Source: Eubacteriales bacterium (lineage in GTDB: Bacteria; Bacillota; Clostridia; Oscillospirales; CAG-272). From it: a stretch of 64,000 nucleotides of DNA. The DNA lies in the NCBI GenBank assembly GCA_045636465.1, contig JAZTXP010000013.1, positions 24,686 to 88,685 of the forward strand. Direction: 5' to 3'. Made by a program: the position numbers and the translations under genes. Shown here in pieces: positions 18,754 through 28,282 of the stretch; the first letter of the stretch is position 1; each line of letters starts with the position of its first letter. A model generated the notes under the pieces. The model was not told where the DNA came from and did no database searches. It saw only the letters and a list, made by a program, of their open reading frames with translations.

Positions 18754-19701
18754 ATGACAGGTACTATTCCAAGTCTCATTATGCTCATGGGAATACCGGG
18801 CTCGGGAAAAAGCACTCTGGCAAGAAGCCTCGCCCGCGAGGACAATACCGTCCTTTCCTCTGATGAAATAAGGGCGGAGATCTTTGGCGGCGAGGGCTTC
18901 CCCGAAGGTGAAAAGGAAAGAGAGAGACTCAAAAACGCCGTGTATAGCGAGATAAGAAAAAGGGCGAAGGCGCATCTTGAAAACGGCCGCTCTGTGGTCA
19001 TCGACGCCACTAACCTGAATAGAAAAAAGCGGACAAAGCTTCTTTCCTTTTTCGGGCAGATACCCTGCTATAAAAAGGCTGTTCTCTTTGTTACCTCACC
19101 CGAGGTATGCCGGAGAAGAAATTCTCTTCGCCCCGAAGGAAAAAGAGTCCCCGAGGAGGATATGCAAAGGCTGCTTAGGGGCTTCGAGGTGCCGGTGATG
19201 GGCGAGGGATGGGATGAAATTTCCTTGGTTATCGACGAGGAAAAGTACGACTACCCCTTTGACATTCTCCCCGGTTTCAGTCAGGATACGCCTTATCACA
19301 CCCTGACTCTCGGCAAGCATATGGAGGCGGCAAAGGAATATGCCATAGCCCGCGGCTATAGCGATGCGCTCGTCAAAATATGCGCGCTCCACGATATAGG
19401 AAAGCTCTATACCAAGGAATTCAAGAACTACAAGGGCGAGCCCACAGACACAGCCCATTTCTACGGCCACGAAAACTTTGGCGCATATCTCTATCTTGCA
19501 ATGGAGCTTTGCGGAAAGGGGCGAGAAGAGAAAGAGATCAAAGAGATCTTATACGAGGCGGCTCTCATTAATTGCCACATGCGCCCCCTCACCGCTTGGA
19601 GAGACTCTCTCGCCGCCAAGGAAAAGGACAAGATTCTTTTCGGCGAAGGCTTTGTATCGGATATAGAAAAAATAAACGCCGCAGACGGCTCGGCGCATTA
19701 A
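18754..19701 (+). CDS. P-loop polynucleotide-kinase-like domain fused to a C-terminal HD phosphohydrolase domain
   Basis: Preferred start is the ATG at 18754, after GGAAGGGGG. N-terminal half has Walker A GIPGSGKST, SSDEIR and a TNLNRKKR lid. C-terminal half has HTLTLGKH, ALHDIGK and HFYGHENFG (HD motif). Confidence 0.75.
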   Translation: MTGTIPSLIMLMGIPGSGKSTLARSLAREDNTVLSSDEIRAEIFGGEGFPEGEKERERLKNAVYSEIRKRAKAHLENGRSVVIDATNLNRKKRTKLLSFFGQIPCYKKAVLFVTSPEVCRRRNSLRPEGKRVPEEDMQRLLRGFEVPVMGEGWDEISLVIDEEKYDYPFDILPGFSQDTPYHTLTLGKHMEAAKEYAIARGYSDALVKICALHDIGKLYTKEFKNYKGEPTDTAHFYGHENFGAYLYLAMELCGKGREEKEIKEILYEAALINCHMRPLTAWRDSLAAKEKDKILFGEGFVSDIEKINAADGSAH

Positions 19702-19795
19702 TAACTCTTATATTCAAAAGCAAACATCTTATGCGTTTTTGTAAAAATATAGGCATTTTCCCAACTTTAGTTTACAAAAAAACATAATTACAGCA

Positions 19796-19829
19796 TAAAA
19801 AATGCCCGAGACTCGGGCATTTTCTTTTT
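19796..19829. terminator. Bidirectional rho-independent terminator
   Basis: ATGCCCG (19802-19808) / CGGGCAT (19814-19820), flanked by an A-run and TTTCTTTTT. Sits between convergent genes. Confidence 0.85.
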
Positions 19830-19844
19830 AATTTATTTAGCGCT

Positions 19845-21761
19845 TTATCTAGCTTTGATATCTTTTACGATATGGCCTTCCTCACCGTAGGGAACGGAAA
19901 GGTCCAAAACGGTAACTCCTCTGTCATTTACAAGATAGAAGTATCCGTCTCTTAAAATGCCGCGAGATCCTGTTGGCATTCCGTAATAATTGTTGAATTC
20001 CATTACGGAAACCACGTTCAGGTCATAGCCGTCAAACTGAAGAAGGACGTAGCTACTTCCGTATTTGGAATCATAATCAACACCGAAGCCAAAGAGATTT
20101 TCCTCTCTATTGATGAAGTAATCCTTATAGTTCTCGCTGTATCTGCCGTCAAAGATAAACTCGGCAACGGAAACCACCTGACCTGCCTGCTCCTCGTAAA
20201 CCTCGACCTTGCACTGAGACCAATTATCTCTGCCTATGCCGAGAAGGAAGCCCTCGCCAAGATTGATAAGAGAGGTGGAGAAGCCCTCGATGACTCCCGT
20301 GTCGGTGTAGGTAATGTTACTGTAATCCGAGAGGTCGAAGAAGAATACGGGGTCTGTGAAGGTGACAACAACCGCGGTGCAAACGTAGAGAGTATCGCCG
20401 TCAAATCTCACCGATGCAACTTCTTCACCCTGGGGAGCAAAGTCCTCAACAGAGGCAACAGTGCTGCAGCTTGAGAGATCAACTATATAAAGGCTGGCGC
20501 TTTGAGTAATGATAGGAAATGAACCAAAGTCGTTTTTATCGGCGCGCTTATTTGTAGAGGTAACCACTCTTAAGTGTCCTTCCCTCTCGTCAATACTGTA
20601 CTGATTAAGAACCGAGCCCGAAACGGTAATTACCTGTCTTTCAAGACTGCCCTCGGTGTAGCCGAGAACTGCAATATCGGTCTTTGTCTCGATGATAATT
20701 TTGTTATCCTCAGTCTTTGTTTCGTCTGTATACTCTCTTGTAACGTATACGTTATTTTCAGAAACATATACGGTATCTGTAAAGTTAAGTAGTCCATTTG
20801 CGCCTGTTATCTCACGGCTACCAATATCTATGGATGCAACAACTGTGTATCTTGATGCATTAACACCGTCAGGAGCAAAAATCTCATCCATAGTGAGCAG
20901 GGAGTCCTCTCCGTTCCTTGTAACGGTAGGAACATAGGTGTGGGGATCGTCATAATCAACGTTGTGGATAGCAAAATAATACTCGCTCATCAAGAGAAGC
21001 TTATCTCCTACAAGTCTTGATGTGTTATAGTCACCGTCAATAGAGAGCATGCCACTAAAGGAAGGATTGGCGGGATCGGCAACATCCAAAAAGATCACCC
21101 CGACCCGCCCCTTATTATCGCGAGTCGTATAATCAATAACTATGATCGCGGTCTTGCCATCAGCGGTGAGATACATTTCATGTTCATTATAGCTCTTTGC
21201 ATCTAAAACCTTCTTAATATCGAAGATTGCTGTTCTCTCAGTGTTTTCGCCGTTAAGCTCGTAAATCATTATATTGCTGTATGAGTAATGGAAAAGATGA
21301 GTTGTCGTAGTTTTTATGAGATCGCCCTCGATAACGCCCGAAACCTGGTTATCTGTGGTCTCAACATACTCGCTGCCCGCTCCCATCATATCTTCCTCCG
21401 GAACCATAGGCGACATTACGTCAGTGCCGCCGATGAACAATCCTCTGAAAATAGTTCCAATGAGTGATAGTATAAGCTCAAAATTGTTATCGAACGGTAA
21501 AGCCATAGCTTCTTGTCTGTAGGGCTCGATGACCTGGATGAGGGAGTAATACTCCGAATCCTCGTAGGGTGTGGTGTTGATTCTATTGTTATTCAAGGGA
21601 AGGAATAAGAACAGAGCCACGCCAATGAGGATAATAAATCCCGCTACCTTTTTCCAGATTGGTTTTCCGTTTGCCGTCTTTTTCATTTTGCCGCTTGCCT
21701 CCTCAATAAATTTTTCATTAATATTTCCCATTGCGTAAATAAGCTTTTCTTCTTTTCTCAT
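19845..21761 (-). CDS. Single-pass membrane protein with a large extracellular beta-propeller domain (putative anti-sigma/sensor partner of the upstream ECF sigma factor)
   Basis: 638 aa. Short cytoplasmic N-terminus (NINEKFIEEA), one TM helix (VAGFIILIGVALFLFL), then a long beta-rich region resembling the Firmicute/archaeal 'beta propeller domain' family. 4-nt overlap with the sigma gene. Confidence 0.75.
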   Translation of the reverse strand: MRKEEKLIYAMGNINEKFIEEASGKMKKTANGKPIWKKVAGFIILIGVALFLFLPLNNNRINTTPYEDSEYYSLIQVIEPYRQEAMALPFDNNFELILSLIGTIFRGLFIGGTDVMSPMVPEEDMMGAGSEYVETTDNQVSGVIEGDLIKTTTTHLFHYSYSNIMIYELNGENTERTAIFDIKKVLDAKSYNEHEMYLTADGKTAIIVIDYTTRDNKGRVGVIFLDVADPANPSFSGMLSIDGDYNTSRLVGDKLLLMSEYYFAIHNVDYDDPHTYVPTVTRNGEDSLLTMDEIFAPDGVNASRYTVVASIDIGSREITGANGLLNFTDTVYVSENNVYVTREYTDETKTEDNKIIIETKTDIAVLGYTEGSLERQVITVSGSVLNQYSIDEREGHLRVVTSTNKRADKNDFGSFPIITQSASLYIVDLSSCSTVASVEDFAPQGEEVASVRFDGDTLYVCTAVVVTFTDPVFFFDLSDYSNITYTDTGVIEGFSTSLINLGEGFLLGIGRDNWSQCKVEVYEEQAGQVVSVAEFIFDGRYSENYKDYFINREENLFGFGVDYDSKYGSSYVLLQFDGYDLNVVSVMEFNNYYGMPTGSRGILRDGYFYLVNDRGVTVLDLSVPYGEEGHIVKDIKAR

Positions 21762-22318
21762 AAATAAATATCCTCTCTTTCCAGACGTTCCTTTAACAAA
21801 GCTCTCATTCGGCTTAGCGCCACTTTAACCGCAGAGATGCTAACTCCCGTCTCGTCGGAGATCTCTCCGATAGAGCGCATAAAGAAGTATCTTTTCACAA
21901 AAATAATGCGGTTTTGGCTTGAGAGCCCCGAAAGGAATCTATTAAGACAATCGCGAATGGCAATATCCTCTGCCGTATCTCCTGCGGGCGCGGGAATACA
22001 CTCCGCAAGCTCGTCGAGAACTGCCTCGGCAACAAGATTTCTCGTCCTTCTCTTATTTTGATTGTACCTACTGAAGGAAATATTCCTTACGATCTTCGAG
22101 AGAAAAGCGGAAAAATATGTAGGCTTAGCAGGAGGGATTGCTCCCCACGCGCTCATATAGGTATCGTCAACGCACTCCTCCGCATCGGGAGCAGAATGCA
22201 AAATTCCATAGGATATCCCAAAAAGCAGCTTACCGTATTTCGCCTTGGTTTGCTTGATAGCTCTCTCGTCTCTTGCAAAATAGAGGTCGATTATTTTGTT
22301 GTCATCCACGATCATCAC
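21758..22318 (-). CDS. RNA polymerase sigma-70 family, ECF-type sigma factor
   Basis: 186 aa. Region 2 (LFGISYGILHSAPDAEECVDDTYMSAW) and region 4 HTH (MRSIGEISDETGVSISAVKVALSRMR). The exact start (GTG 22318 or ATG 22315) is uncertain. Confidence 0.9.
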   Translation of the reverse strand: MMIVDDNKIIDLYFARDERAIKQTKAKYGKLLFGISYGILHSAPDAEECVDDTYMSAWGAIPPAKPTYFSAFLSKIVRNISFSRYNQNKRRTRNLVAEAVLDELAECIPAPAGDTAEDIAIRDCLNRFLSGLSSQNRIIFVKRYFFMRSIGEISDETGVSISAVKVALSRMRALLKERLEREDIYL

Positions 22319-22578
22319 CTCGCTTAAAATGACTTTTTTGCCCTGATATCATTGGCTTTCACTATATAAGACAACGAAAAGGAAGCAAAGGTTACATAAA
22401 ATTTGAAATTTTTTGAAAAAATTTATTTTTTTGGCATTCTGATGAAAAGGGGGAGATAATCCCTAAGCAAAAAAACTTAAGTCTCGGTTTTTTCCCTTTT
22501 ATTATATCACTAAATTTCCTTTATTGCAAGTTTTTTCTCACAACAAGGCGAGGTGAGCGTCATTTGGAAAAAATACAC

Positions 22579-22607
22579 TTGCAATAATCGCCGTAATATG
22601 ATAAAAT
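22579..22607 (+). promoter_or_regulatory. Sigma-A type promoter for the PI-PLC-like gene
   Basis: TTGCAA (22579-22584), 17-nt spacer, TAAAAT (22602-22607). AAAGGAG RBS before the ATG at 22631. Confidence 0.55.
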
Positions 22608-22630
22608 AGGTATGAAAGGAGATATTTACT

Positions 22631-23536
22631 ATGAAAAATATCGTAAACTACGTAATAAACATCGTACTCATATTCGCTATAGCGGCCTTGGCCGTTGCTC
22701 CTCTTGAAAGCCCTATAACCGAAAAGGGCCTTCGCTGGATGTCCGCCTTAGAGGATGACAGAGCAATTAATGAGCTTTCCATCCCCGGAACGCACGATAG
22801 CGGCGCAACCCATTCCATCGCAGACGTGGCAGGAAAATGCCAATCCCTCTCTATTGAGGATCAGCTTTACATCGGCGTAAGGTTCTTTGATATCCGTCTT
22901 CAGCAGGTTGAGGACGACTTCAACATCGTTCATAGCTTCGTCGATCAGGGCGAGGATTTCGACGACGTGCTGGAGGATATGGCAGAATTCGTGAAGCGAA
23001 ATCCTACCGAATTTCTCTTTGTTTCCATTAAGAAGGATGCCGACGCAAAAAGACCCGAGGGCGATTTTACGTCTCTTCTTGAAGAGGAGCTTCGTGAATA
23101 CGACTGCATCTCAACCTCTACTACTCTTCCCAAAACCGTAGGCGAGGCAAGAGGCAAGATATACATAATTTCAAGATATGAGGGCGCTACTATGGGTATC
23201 CCCGCCTATGAGGGCTGGGCAGATTCTCAGAGCTTTGAGCTTGGCGAGCTTTACGTGCAAGATAACTACAGAGTTGACAGCGCGGAGGAAAAGATCACCG
23301 ATATAGAGGCGACTATGGCTATCGCCGATAGATGCACCTACGGCCTTGTGCTTAACTACACAAGCTGTTATCTCACCTCGGGCTTCCCTCCCTCATACGC
23401 GGCCACCCCCGCAAAGACCATCAACCCCTGGCTTATAGAAAGACTCAATCTTGAATCTCGTCCGCAGGGTGTTCTCGTCTGCGATTTTATGACAAGCGAG
23501 CTTGTTAAATCTATCTGGGAGGTGAACTTCAGATGA
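22631..23536 (+). CDS. Phosphatidylinositol-specific phospholipase C X-domain protein, membrane-anchored or secreted
   Basis: 301 aa with an N-terminal hydrophobic segment. PI-PLC X-box motifs LSIPGTHDSGA and RFFDIRL. Confidence 0.8.
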   Translation: MKNIVNYVINIVLIFAIAALAVAPLESPITEKGLRWMSALEDDRAINELSIPGTHDSGATHSIADVAGKCQSLSIEDQLYIGVRFFDIRLQQVEDDFNIVHSFVDQGEDFDDVLEDMAEFVKRNPTEFLFVSIKKDADAKRPEGDFTSLLEEELREYDCISTSTTLPKTVGEARGKIYIISRYEGATMGIPAYEGWADSQSFELGELYVQDNYRVDSAEEKITDIEATMAIADRCTYGLVLNYTSCYLTSGFPPSYAATPAKTINPWLIERLNLESRPQGVLVCDFMTSELVKSIWEVNFR

Positions 23537-23907
23537 AAAAAGCGGCAAATATAATTTTAGGTATAGTAAGCGTTATAATCGCTATACTTTCTCTCGCCTT
23601 TCTTGTTATCGAGGGCAGGCTTCTCCTCTCCTTCGACTGGACTCTTCACGAGCACGAATTCTTAGGCTTTATACAGTACCTTGCAAGAGTAGGCCTCTCG
23701 CTTCTCTGCCTCGCTACCTCTATAAGCTCCATTGTATATGTGAATAGAAAGACCTCTATCTTTGAGGGCTGCTGCCTTTTAGCTATAGCAATCGCCATAT
23801 CCACCGGCGCAACAAACGGTATAGGACTATATCTTATAATCGCCGCATCGGTATATCTCGCCGCATCGGTATTCCACCTCGTTGCATCAAAGAAGGAAGC
23901 GGAGTAA
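23533..23907 (+). CDS. Membrane protein, function unknown
   Basis: 124 aa with four predicted TM segments. ATGA overlap with the preceding gene. Confidence 0.6.
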   Translation: MKKAANIILGIVSVIIAILSLAFLVIEGRLLLSFDWTLHEHEFLGFIQYLARVGLSLLCLATSISSIVYVNRKTSIFEGCCLLAIAIAISTGATNGIGLYLIIAASVYLAASVFHLVASKKEAE

Positions 23908-23952
23908 ACGCTGTTTACACAAAAAAACACAAAAAAGCAAATAAAACATTAC

Positions 23953-23997
23953 AAAAAGCGCACTGTCAAAGCTTGAAGCTTTAGCAGTGCGCTTTTA
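23953..23997. terminator. Bidirectional rho-independent terminator
   Basis: AAAGCGCACTG (23955-23965) / CAGTGCGCTTTT (23985-23996), with A-run and T-run flanks. Sits between convergent genes. Confidence 0.75.
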
Positions 23998-24011
23998 TAA
24001 ATTTCAAAAAC

Positions 24012-26087
24012 TTAACCTATAAGATTAACGATGAGATCCCAAAGACAGGTGATCTCTGCAAGAACGGGAACGAGAACGAGGGATATTACAGACATGAGCT
24101 TGATAAGAATATCCATCGCGGGGCCTGCGGTATCCTTGAAGGGGTCACCAACGGTGTCACCGGTGATGGCCGCCTTATGAGTTTCGCTTCCCTTGCCGCC
24201 GAAGTTTCCTGCCTCGACGTATTTCTTGGCATTATCCCAAGCGCCGCCTGCGTTAGCCATAAATACAGCCAGCATAATAGCCGATACAAGACCACCGATA
24301 AGCAAACCGCCAAGACCCTCAGAGCCGATGATGAAGCCTGCCGCAATGGGAGATACGAGAACGATAATACCGGGAACGATCATCTCGCGAAGAGAAGCCG
24401 CTGTGGAAATATCGATACATCTGTTATAATCGGGAGCCATCTTACCCTCGAGAATTTCGGGATGGGCCTCGTACTGAGCGCGAACCTCGTCAACCATCTT
24501 ATTAGCCGCTCTACCAACCGAGCCGATAGTGAGCGAGCTGAAGAGATAAGGAAGCATTGCGCCGACGAGCATACCAACGAGAACCTTGGGGTCTGAAAGA
24601 GCAATATCAACCTTTGCCGCCTCGATGAAGGACATAATAAAGGCAAGAGATGTGAGAGTTGCAGAGCCAATGCAGAAGCCCTTACCGATAGCCGCAGTGG
24701 TGTTACCTACAGAGTCAAGCTTATCCGTGATCTCACGAACGCCGTGAGGAAGCTCAGCCATCTCCGCAATACCGCCTGCGTTATCCGCAATAGGTCCGTA
24801 GCCGTCAACAGAAACGGTGATACCAACTGTGGAAAGCATACCTACAGCCGCAAGAGCGATACCGTAGCTGCCGCCGAAGAAGTAAGAAACTGCAATAACC
24901 AATGCAAGGCAAGCGATGGTGAGCCAGGTAGACTTCATACCTACGCCCATACCTGCGATAATGTTAGTACCGTGACCCGTAGTGGATTCCTTTGCGATCT
25001 GCTTAACCGAGGCAAACTCATCGGAGGTATAAAGCTCCGCGATGAAGCCGACGCCGATGCCTGCGAGAAGACCTGCAACCACACAGACGAGAAGCTTCCA
25101 GTTTCCAACGTAGAATATTGCAAGAGTAACAGCCGCCACGATAACAATGCCGGTAGCAATATATGTAGCAATATTAAGCGCCTTATGAGGATCAGCCCAC
25201 TTTCTTGCGCGAACTATAACAACAGAGATAACAGCCGCAAGCGCGCCTATGCCGCAGAGCAGGATGGGGAAAAGCATGTGCTTTGCGGTGAGACCGGGAG
25301 TGAGAAGAGCCATTGTAAGGGCAGAAAGTATAGATCCAACATAGGATTCAGTAAGGTCGGAGCCCATACCTGCGATATCGCCAACGTTATCACCAACGTT
25401 ATCCGCGATAGTTGCGGGGTTTCTGGGGTCATCCTCGGGAATGCCTGCCTCAAGCTTACCTACAAGGTCTGCGCCAACGTCTGCCGCCTTAGTATAAATA
25501 CCGCCGCCAACACGGGCAAAGAGAGCGATGAGCGAGCAGCCCAAGCTATAGCCTGTAAGGATCTGAATGGGCGAATGAATATCCTTGGTAATAGCGTATA
25601 CCACAAGAGTGATAGCCGAAAGACCCAAAAGACCGAAGCCCACAACCGAAAGACCGAGAACCGCGCCGCCGCTGAAAGCGATATTAAGCGCGCCCGACAT
25701 ACCCTCGTCGCGAGCCTTAACGGCTGTACGCGCGTTAGCCTTGGTGGCAACGAACATACCTATCCAGCCTGCCGCCGCAGAGAACAACGAGCCGATGATA
25801 AAGCAGATAGCTGCCTTCCAGCCAATTCCCTCTGCGCCCTGAAGAGCAGGGATAAAGCCCAATACCGTAAGCAATACGCCTATTCCGATAACAAAGGGAA
25901 TGATCAGCTTATACTCACGAATGAGGAAGGTCATTGCTCCGTCGTGAATGTGCTTGTGAATAGTCTCAACCTTGTCATCGTTAATTGCGACTCTTGATAC
26001 TCTGTGGAATAGCACGAAAACGTATCCGAGAGTGATCACCGTAGCAAAAATGACGAGGATCAGCGGAAAATAAATGTTGAATTCCAT
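24012..26087 (-). CDS. hppA: Membrane-bound proton/sodium-translocating pyrophosphatase
   Basis: About 691 aa from the ATG at 26087 ([12 protein letters not shown]), preceded by AAGGAAAC. Motifs [26 protein letters not shown] and [10 protein letters not shown]. The track start at 26207 lies upstream of the predicted promoter and is rejected. Confidence 0.95.
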   Translation of the reverse strand: MEFNIYFPLILVIFATVITLGYVFVLFHRVSRVAINDDKVETIHKHIHDGAMTFLIREYKLIIPFVIGIGVLLTVLGFIPALQGAEGIGWKAAICFIIGSLFSAAAGWIGMFVATKANARTAVKARDEGMSGALNIAFSGGAVLGLSVVGFGLLGLSAITLVVYAITKDIHSPIQILTGYSLGCSLIALFARVGGGIYTKAADVGADLVGKLEAGIPEDDPRNPATIADNVGDNVGDIAGMGSDLTESYVGSILSALTMALLTPGLTAKHMLFPILLCGIGALAAVISVVIVRARKWADPHKALNIATYIATGIVIVAAVTLAIFYVGNWKLLVCVVAGLLAGIGVGFIAELYTSDEFASVKQIAKESTTGHGTNIIAGMGVGMKSTWLTIACLALVIAVSYFFGGSYGIALAAVGMLSTVGITVSVDGYGPIADNAGGIAEMAELPHGVREITDKLDSVGNTTAAIGKGFCIGSATLTSLAFIMSFIEAAKVDIALSDPKVLVGMLVGAMLPYLFSSLTIGSVGRAANKMVDEVRAQYEAHPEILEGKMAPDYNRCIDISTAASLREMIVPGIIVLVSPIAAGFIIGSEGLGGLLIGGLVSAIMLAVFMANAGGAWDNAKKYVEAGNFGGKGSETHKAAITGDTVGDPFKDTAGPAMDILIKLMSVISLVLVPVLAEITCLWDLIVNLIG

Positions 26088-26145
26088 ACTTGTTTCCTTC
26101 TTTTCTTTGTATTTTGATTTTGCTAAATAAAGCTCAATCAACTGT

Positions 26146-26174
26146 ATTGTACCACAAAACGGCGGTAATTTCAA
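26146..26174 (-). promoter_or_regulatory. Sigma-A type promoter for hppA
   Basis: On the minus strand: TTGAAA (26174-26169), 17-nt spacer, TACAAT (26151-26146), with an upstream TG (extended -10). Confidence 0.6.
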
Positions 26175-26249
26175 TAGCTTAAACGCTATATTTTGACGTT
26201 TGCTCAAAAAAAAACGATCTTTTATCTTATTGATTATTAATAATCAGCC

Positions 26250-26293
26250 TAAAAAAGCCGAGGCTGCCTCAAATTCGCATTTGTGACAGCCTC
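26250..26293 (-). terminator. Rho-independent terminator after the MazG-like/flavin reductase/Sir2 gene group
   Basis: On the minus strand: GAGGCTGTCACA ... TTGAGGCAGCCTC hairpin followed by GGCTTTTTT. Confidence 0.7.
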
Positions 26294-26368
26294 TTTCATT
26301 TTCAATTATTTTAATTAACTATATAGGTTTTATCGGATTTCATCAATAGTTATCCGTACCGCCTTTTA

Positions 26369-26674
26369 TTAGTATGTTTCAATAAGGTATATTTTCTCAT
26401 CGAAGCCGCCGCGGCTCTCGCGCTTGGCGATGCGCTTCGCTTCAAGTTCCTCTACCGGCATTCCTCTTGCCTCGGCAAGGGCGTATAACACCTCGAGTAC
26501 GTCGCAAAGCTCGTCGGGGTTCTTATCAAGCTTATACTCGTGTACCTCCTCGGAGAGCTTTCTTTCAAGCTCAAAGACGTAATCCTTATCGGAAAGCACC
26601 TTAGTCTTGCATTTTCTTCCGGATTCGGCTATTATTTCGGGAATCTTGTTTCTAACAAGCTTATTATGTATCAT
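26369..26674 (-). CDS. MazG-like all-alpha nucleoside triphosphate pyrophosphohydrolase (small, house-cleaning type)
   Basis: 101 aa. KLVRNKIPEII N-terminus and EExxE-type acidic helices (EEVHEY, ELCDVLEV), typical of small MazG/HisE-like NTP-PPases. Confidence 0.7.
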   Translation of the reverse strand: MIHNKLVRNKIPEIIAESGRKCKTKVLSDKDYVFELERKLSEEVHEYKLDKNPDELCDVLEVLYALAEARGMPVEELEAKRIAKRESRGGFDEKIYLIETY

Positions 26675-27242
26675 TTTTCTTTACCTCGCAAAGCTTTTTT
26701 CCGTCGGAGAAGGCGCGTCCTGCCACCTCTCCAAGAGTCCAATACAAATGAAGGGAGCTATCATAACAGATAGGGTCAAGCTTCTTCGCATCGATCTTAC
26801 CGTCATCGTCAAGGATCTCCTCCTCTGCCGATACGTTGACTATCTCGCCGATGCAAATTCCGTCCTCGTTGAACTTCAAGAGCTTGCATTCAACAGCCAT
26901 TGGAAGCTCGCCTATTATGGGCGCGTTAACAAACTCGCTCTTTGTTGCGGTAAAGCCGGCCCTCGCGAATTTATCGGGGGTATCGTTTGCCGACACGATT
27001 CCAACGTAGTCGCAGGGGACAAGCCTCTCCCTAGTGGCAAAGCTCAAAGTGAACGCTCCGTTTTTCTTTATGTTTTCGGTGGTTTTATGATCGTCAGCAA
27101 GACATACCATAACCAGATTGGTATCGTATATTCCTCCCCAGGCAGCATTCATGGCATTGGGATTTCCCTCGCCGTCGTAAGTTCCCACGATAAGCACGGG
27201 CATAGGATAAAGCCAGGTCTTTTTACCAAAATTCTTACGCAT
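26664..27242 (-). CDS. Flavin reductase family protein (flavoredoxin-like)
   Basis: 192 aa. PMPVLIVGTYD...NAMNAAWGG pattern, typical of the FMN-binding split-barrel flavin reductase domain. Confidence 0.8.
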   Translation of the reverse strand: MRKNFGKKTWLYPMPVLIVGTYDGEGNPNAMNAAWGGIYDTNLVMVCLADDHKTTENIKKNGAFTLSFATRERLVPCDYVGIVSANDTPDKFARAGFTATKSEFVNAPIIGELPMAVECKLLKFNEDGICIGEIVNVSAEEEILDDDGKIDAKKLDPICYDSSLHLYWTLGEVAGRAFSDGKKLCEVKKNDT

Positions 27243-27264
27243 ATCTCTCCTCCTGAAAATGTAT

Positions 27265-27996
27265 TCAATCTAAAGCTGCAAATTCAAGAACCCTCTCGAT
27301 AGGCTCTCTGATAATCAAAGTGGCATAAGGATCGTAGGGTGTTTCAGTCTTATTTATGATAACGAAATGCTTGCCTCGGAAGGCTCTTACCAGCGATGCC
27401 GCAGGATAAACCGTCAGCGATGTTCCGCCTACGATAAGTACATCTGCCTCCGAAATTGCCAACTCTGCTTTACAAAGCGGCTCGCTTTCAAGCCCCTCTC
27501 CGTAAAGTATAACATTGGGTCTCACGAGATTTCCGCATTTATTACATCGGGGCACACCCTCGCTCTTCATCACAAAATCAAGCCCGTATCTCTCGGTGCA
27601 GACAGTACAATAATTCTGAAGCACAGAGCCGTGAAGCTCTATAACGTTTTGACTTCCCGCCGCCTGGTGAAGGCCGTCTATATTTTGGGTTATGACAGCG
27701 GTGAGCTTTCCTTCGTCCTCTAGTCTCTTGAGGGCAAGATGCGCCCTGTTGGGTCTTGCATCCTTGTAGATCATCTCGTTTTTATAGTAGCGATAGAAGC
27801 CCTCGGGATTTTTCATAAGATACCTGCCGCTGAGAATTTCCTCGGGTCTTGCATCGTATTTATTTTCCTTTTGGTAGAGGCCGTCGCCGCCCCTGAAATC
27901 GGGGATACCGCTGGCAGTTGAAACGCCTGCTCCGCCGAAGAAAACAATGCTTTTCGCCTCCGCGATTATCTCGCGAAGCATCTCGGATTTGTTCAT
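27265..27996 (-). CDS. cobB: NAD-dependent protein deacylase (Sir2 family)
   Basis: GAGVSTASGIPDFRG, TQNIDGLH and a Zn module (CTVC...CNKCG). The ATG at 27996 (MNKSEMLREI) is preferred over the track start at 28008. Confidence 0.9.
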   Translation of the reverse strand: MNKSEMLREIIAEAKSIVFFGGAGVSTASGIPDFRGGDGLYQKENKYDARPEEILSGRYLMKNPEGFYRYYKNEMIYKDARPNRAHLALKRLEDEGKLTAVITQNIDGLHQAAGSQNVIELHGSVLQNYCTVCTERYGLDFVMKSEGVPRCNKCGNLVRPNVILYGEGLESEPLCKAELAISEADVLIVGGTSLTVYPAASLVRAFRGKHFVIINKTETPYDPYATLIIREPIERVLEFAALD

Positions 27997-28188
27997 ACCC
28001 ACCTCCAAAACGAAAAAAATTCATCCAAAAATCACGTAGGCGAAGAAACATATCGCATCGCCCTTTTTGGTATAGCATATATAGTATACCACAAAAAATC
28101 CCCGAGTTCAAGCCATTTTAGGAACAAAAAGGCGACAAATCTCTTTTACCCCATTTTGCACAAATTATGAATCTTTTTCACAAAAGCA

Positions 28189-28217
28189 TTGCATTCGGGG
28201 AAAATAAATGATATAAT
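28189..28217 (+). promoter_or_regulatory. Sigma-A type promoter for the TetR-family gene
   Basis: TTGCAT (28189-28194), 17-nt spacer, TATAAT (28212-28217). Confidence 0.6.
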
Positions 28218-28282
28218 TATATGGGATCTGCCGAAAAGGGGCAGACATCTTTCATTCGGTAACTACCTGAAGGGGAAATAAT

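Noticed and set aside
26088-26207. N-terminal extensions implied by the ORF track for hppA. The same applies to 29640-29681 LMW-PTP, 33086-33127 Na/Pi transporter, 60164-60214 GPH transporter, 62518-62574 asd, 2999-3016 glgB and 18664-18753 kinase-HD.
   Set aside because: Downstream ATGs have proper Shine-Dalgarno sequences and coincide with the conserved N-termini of the families. For hppA, the longer start lies upstream of the predicted promoter.
26250-26293. Apparent sequence family of terminator hairpins. GAGGCTGTCACA..TTGAGGCAGCCTC here resembles GAGGCTGTCTCA..TGAGGCGGCCTC at 54322-54354, suggesting a REP-like dispersed element.
   Set aside because: There are only two copies in 64 kb, and both are at ordinary terminator positions after operons. 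The similarity is confined to a GC-rich stem that is self-complementary. This is insufficient to call a repeat family without a genome-wide count.
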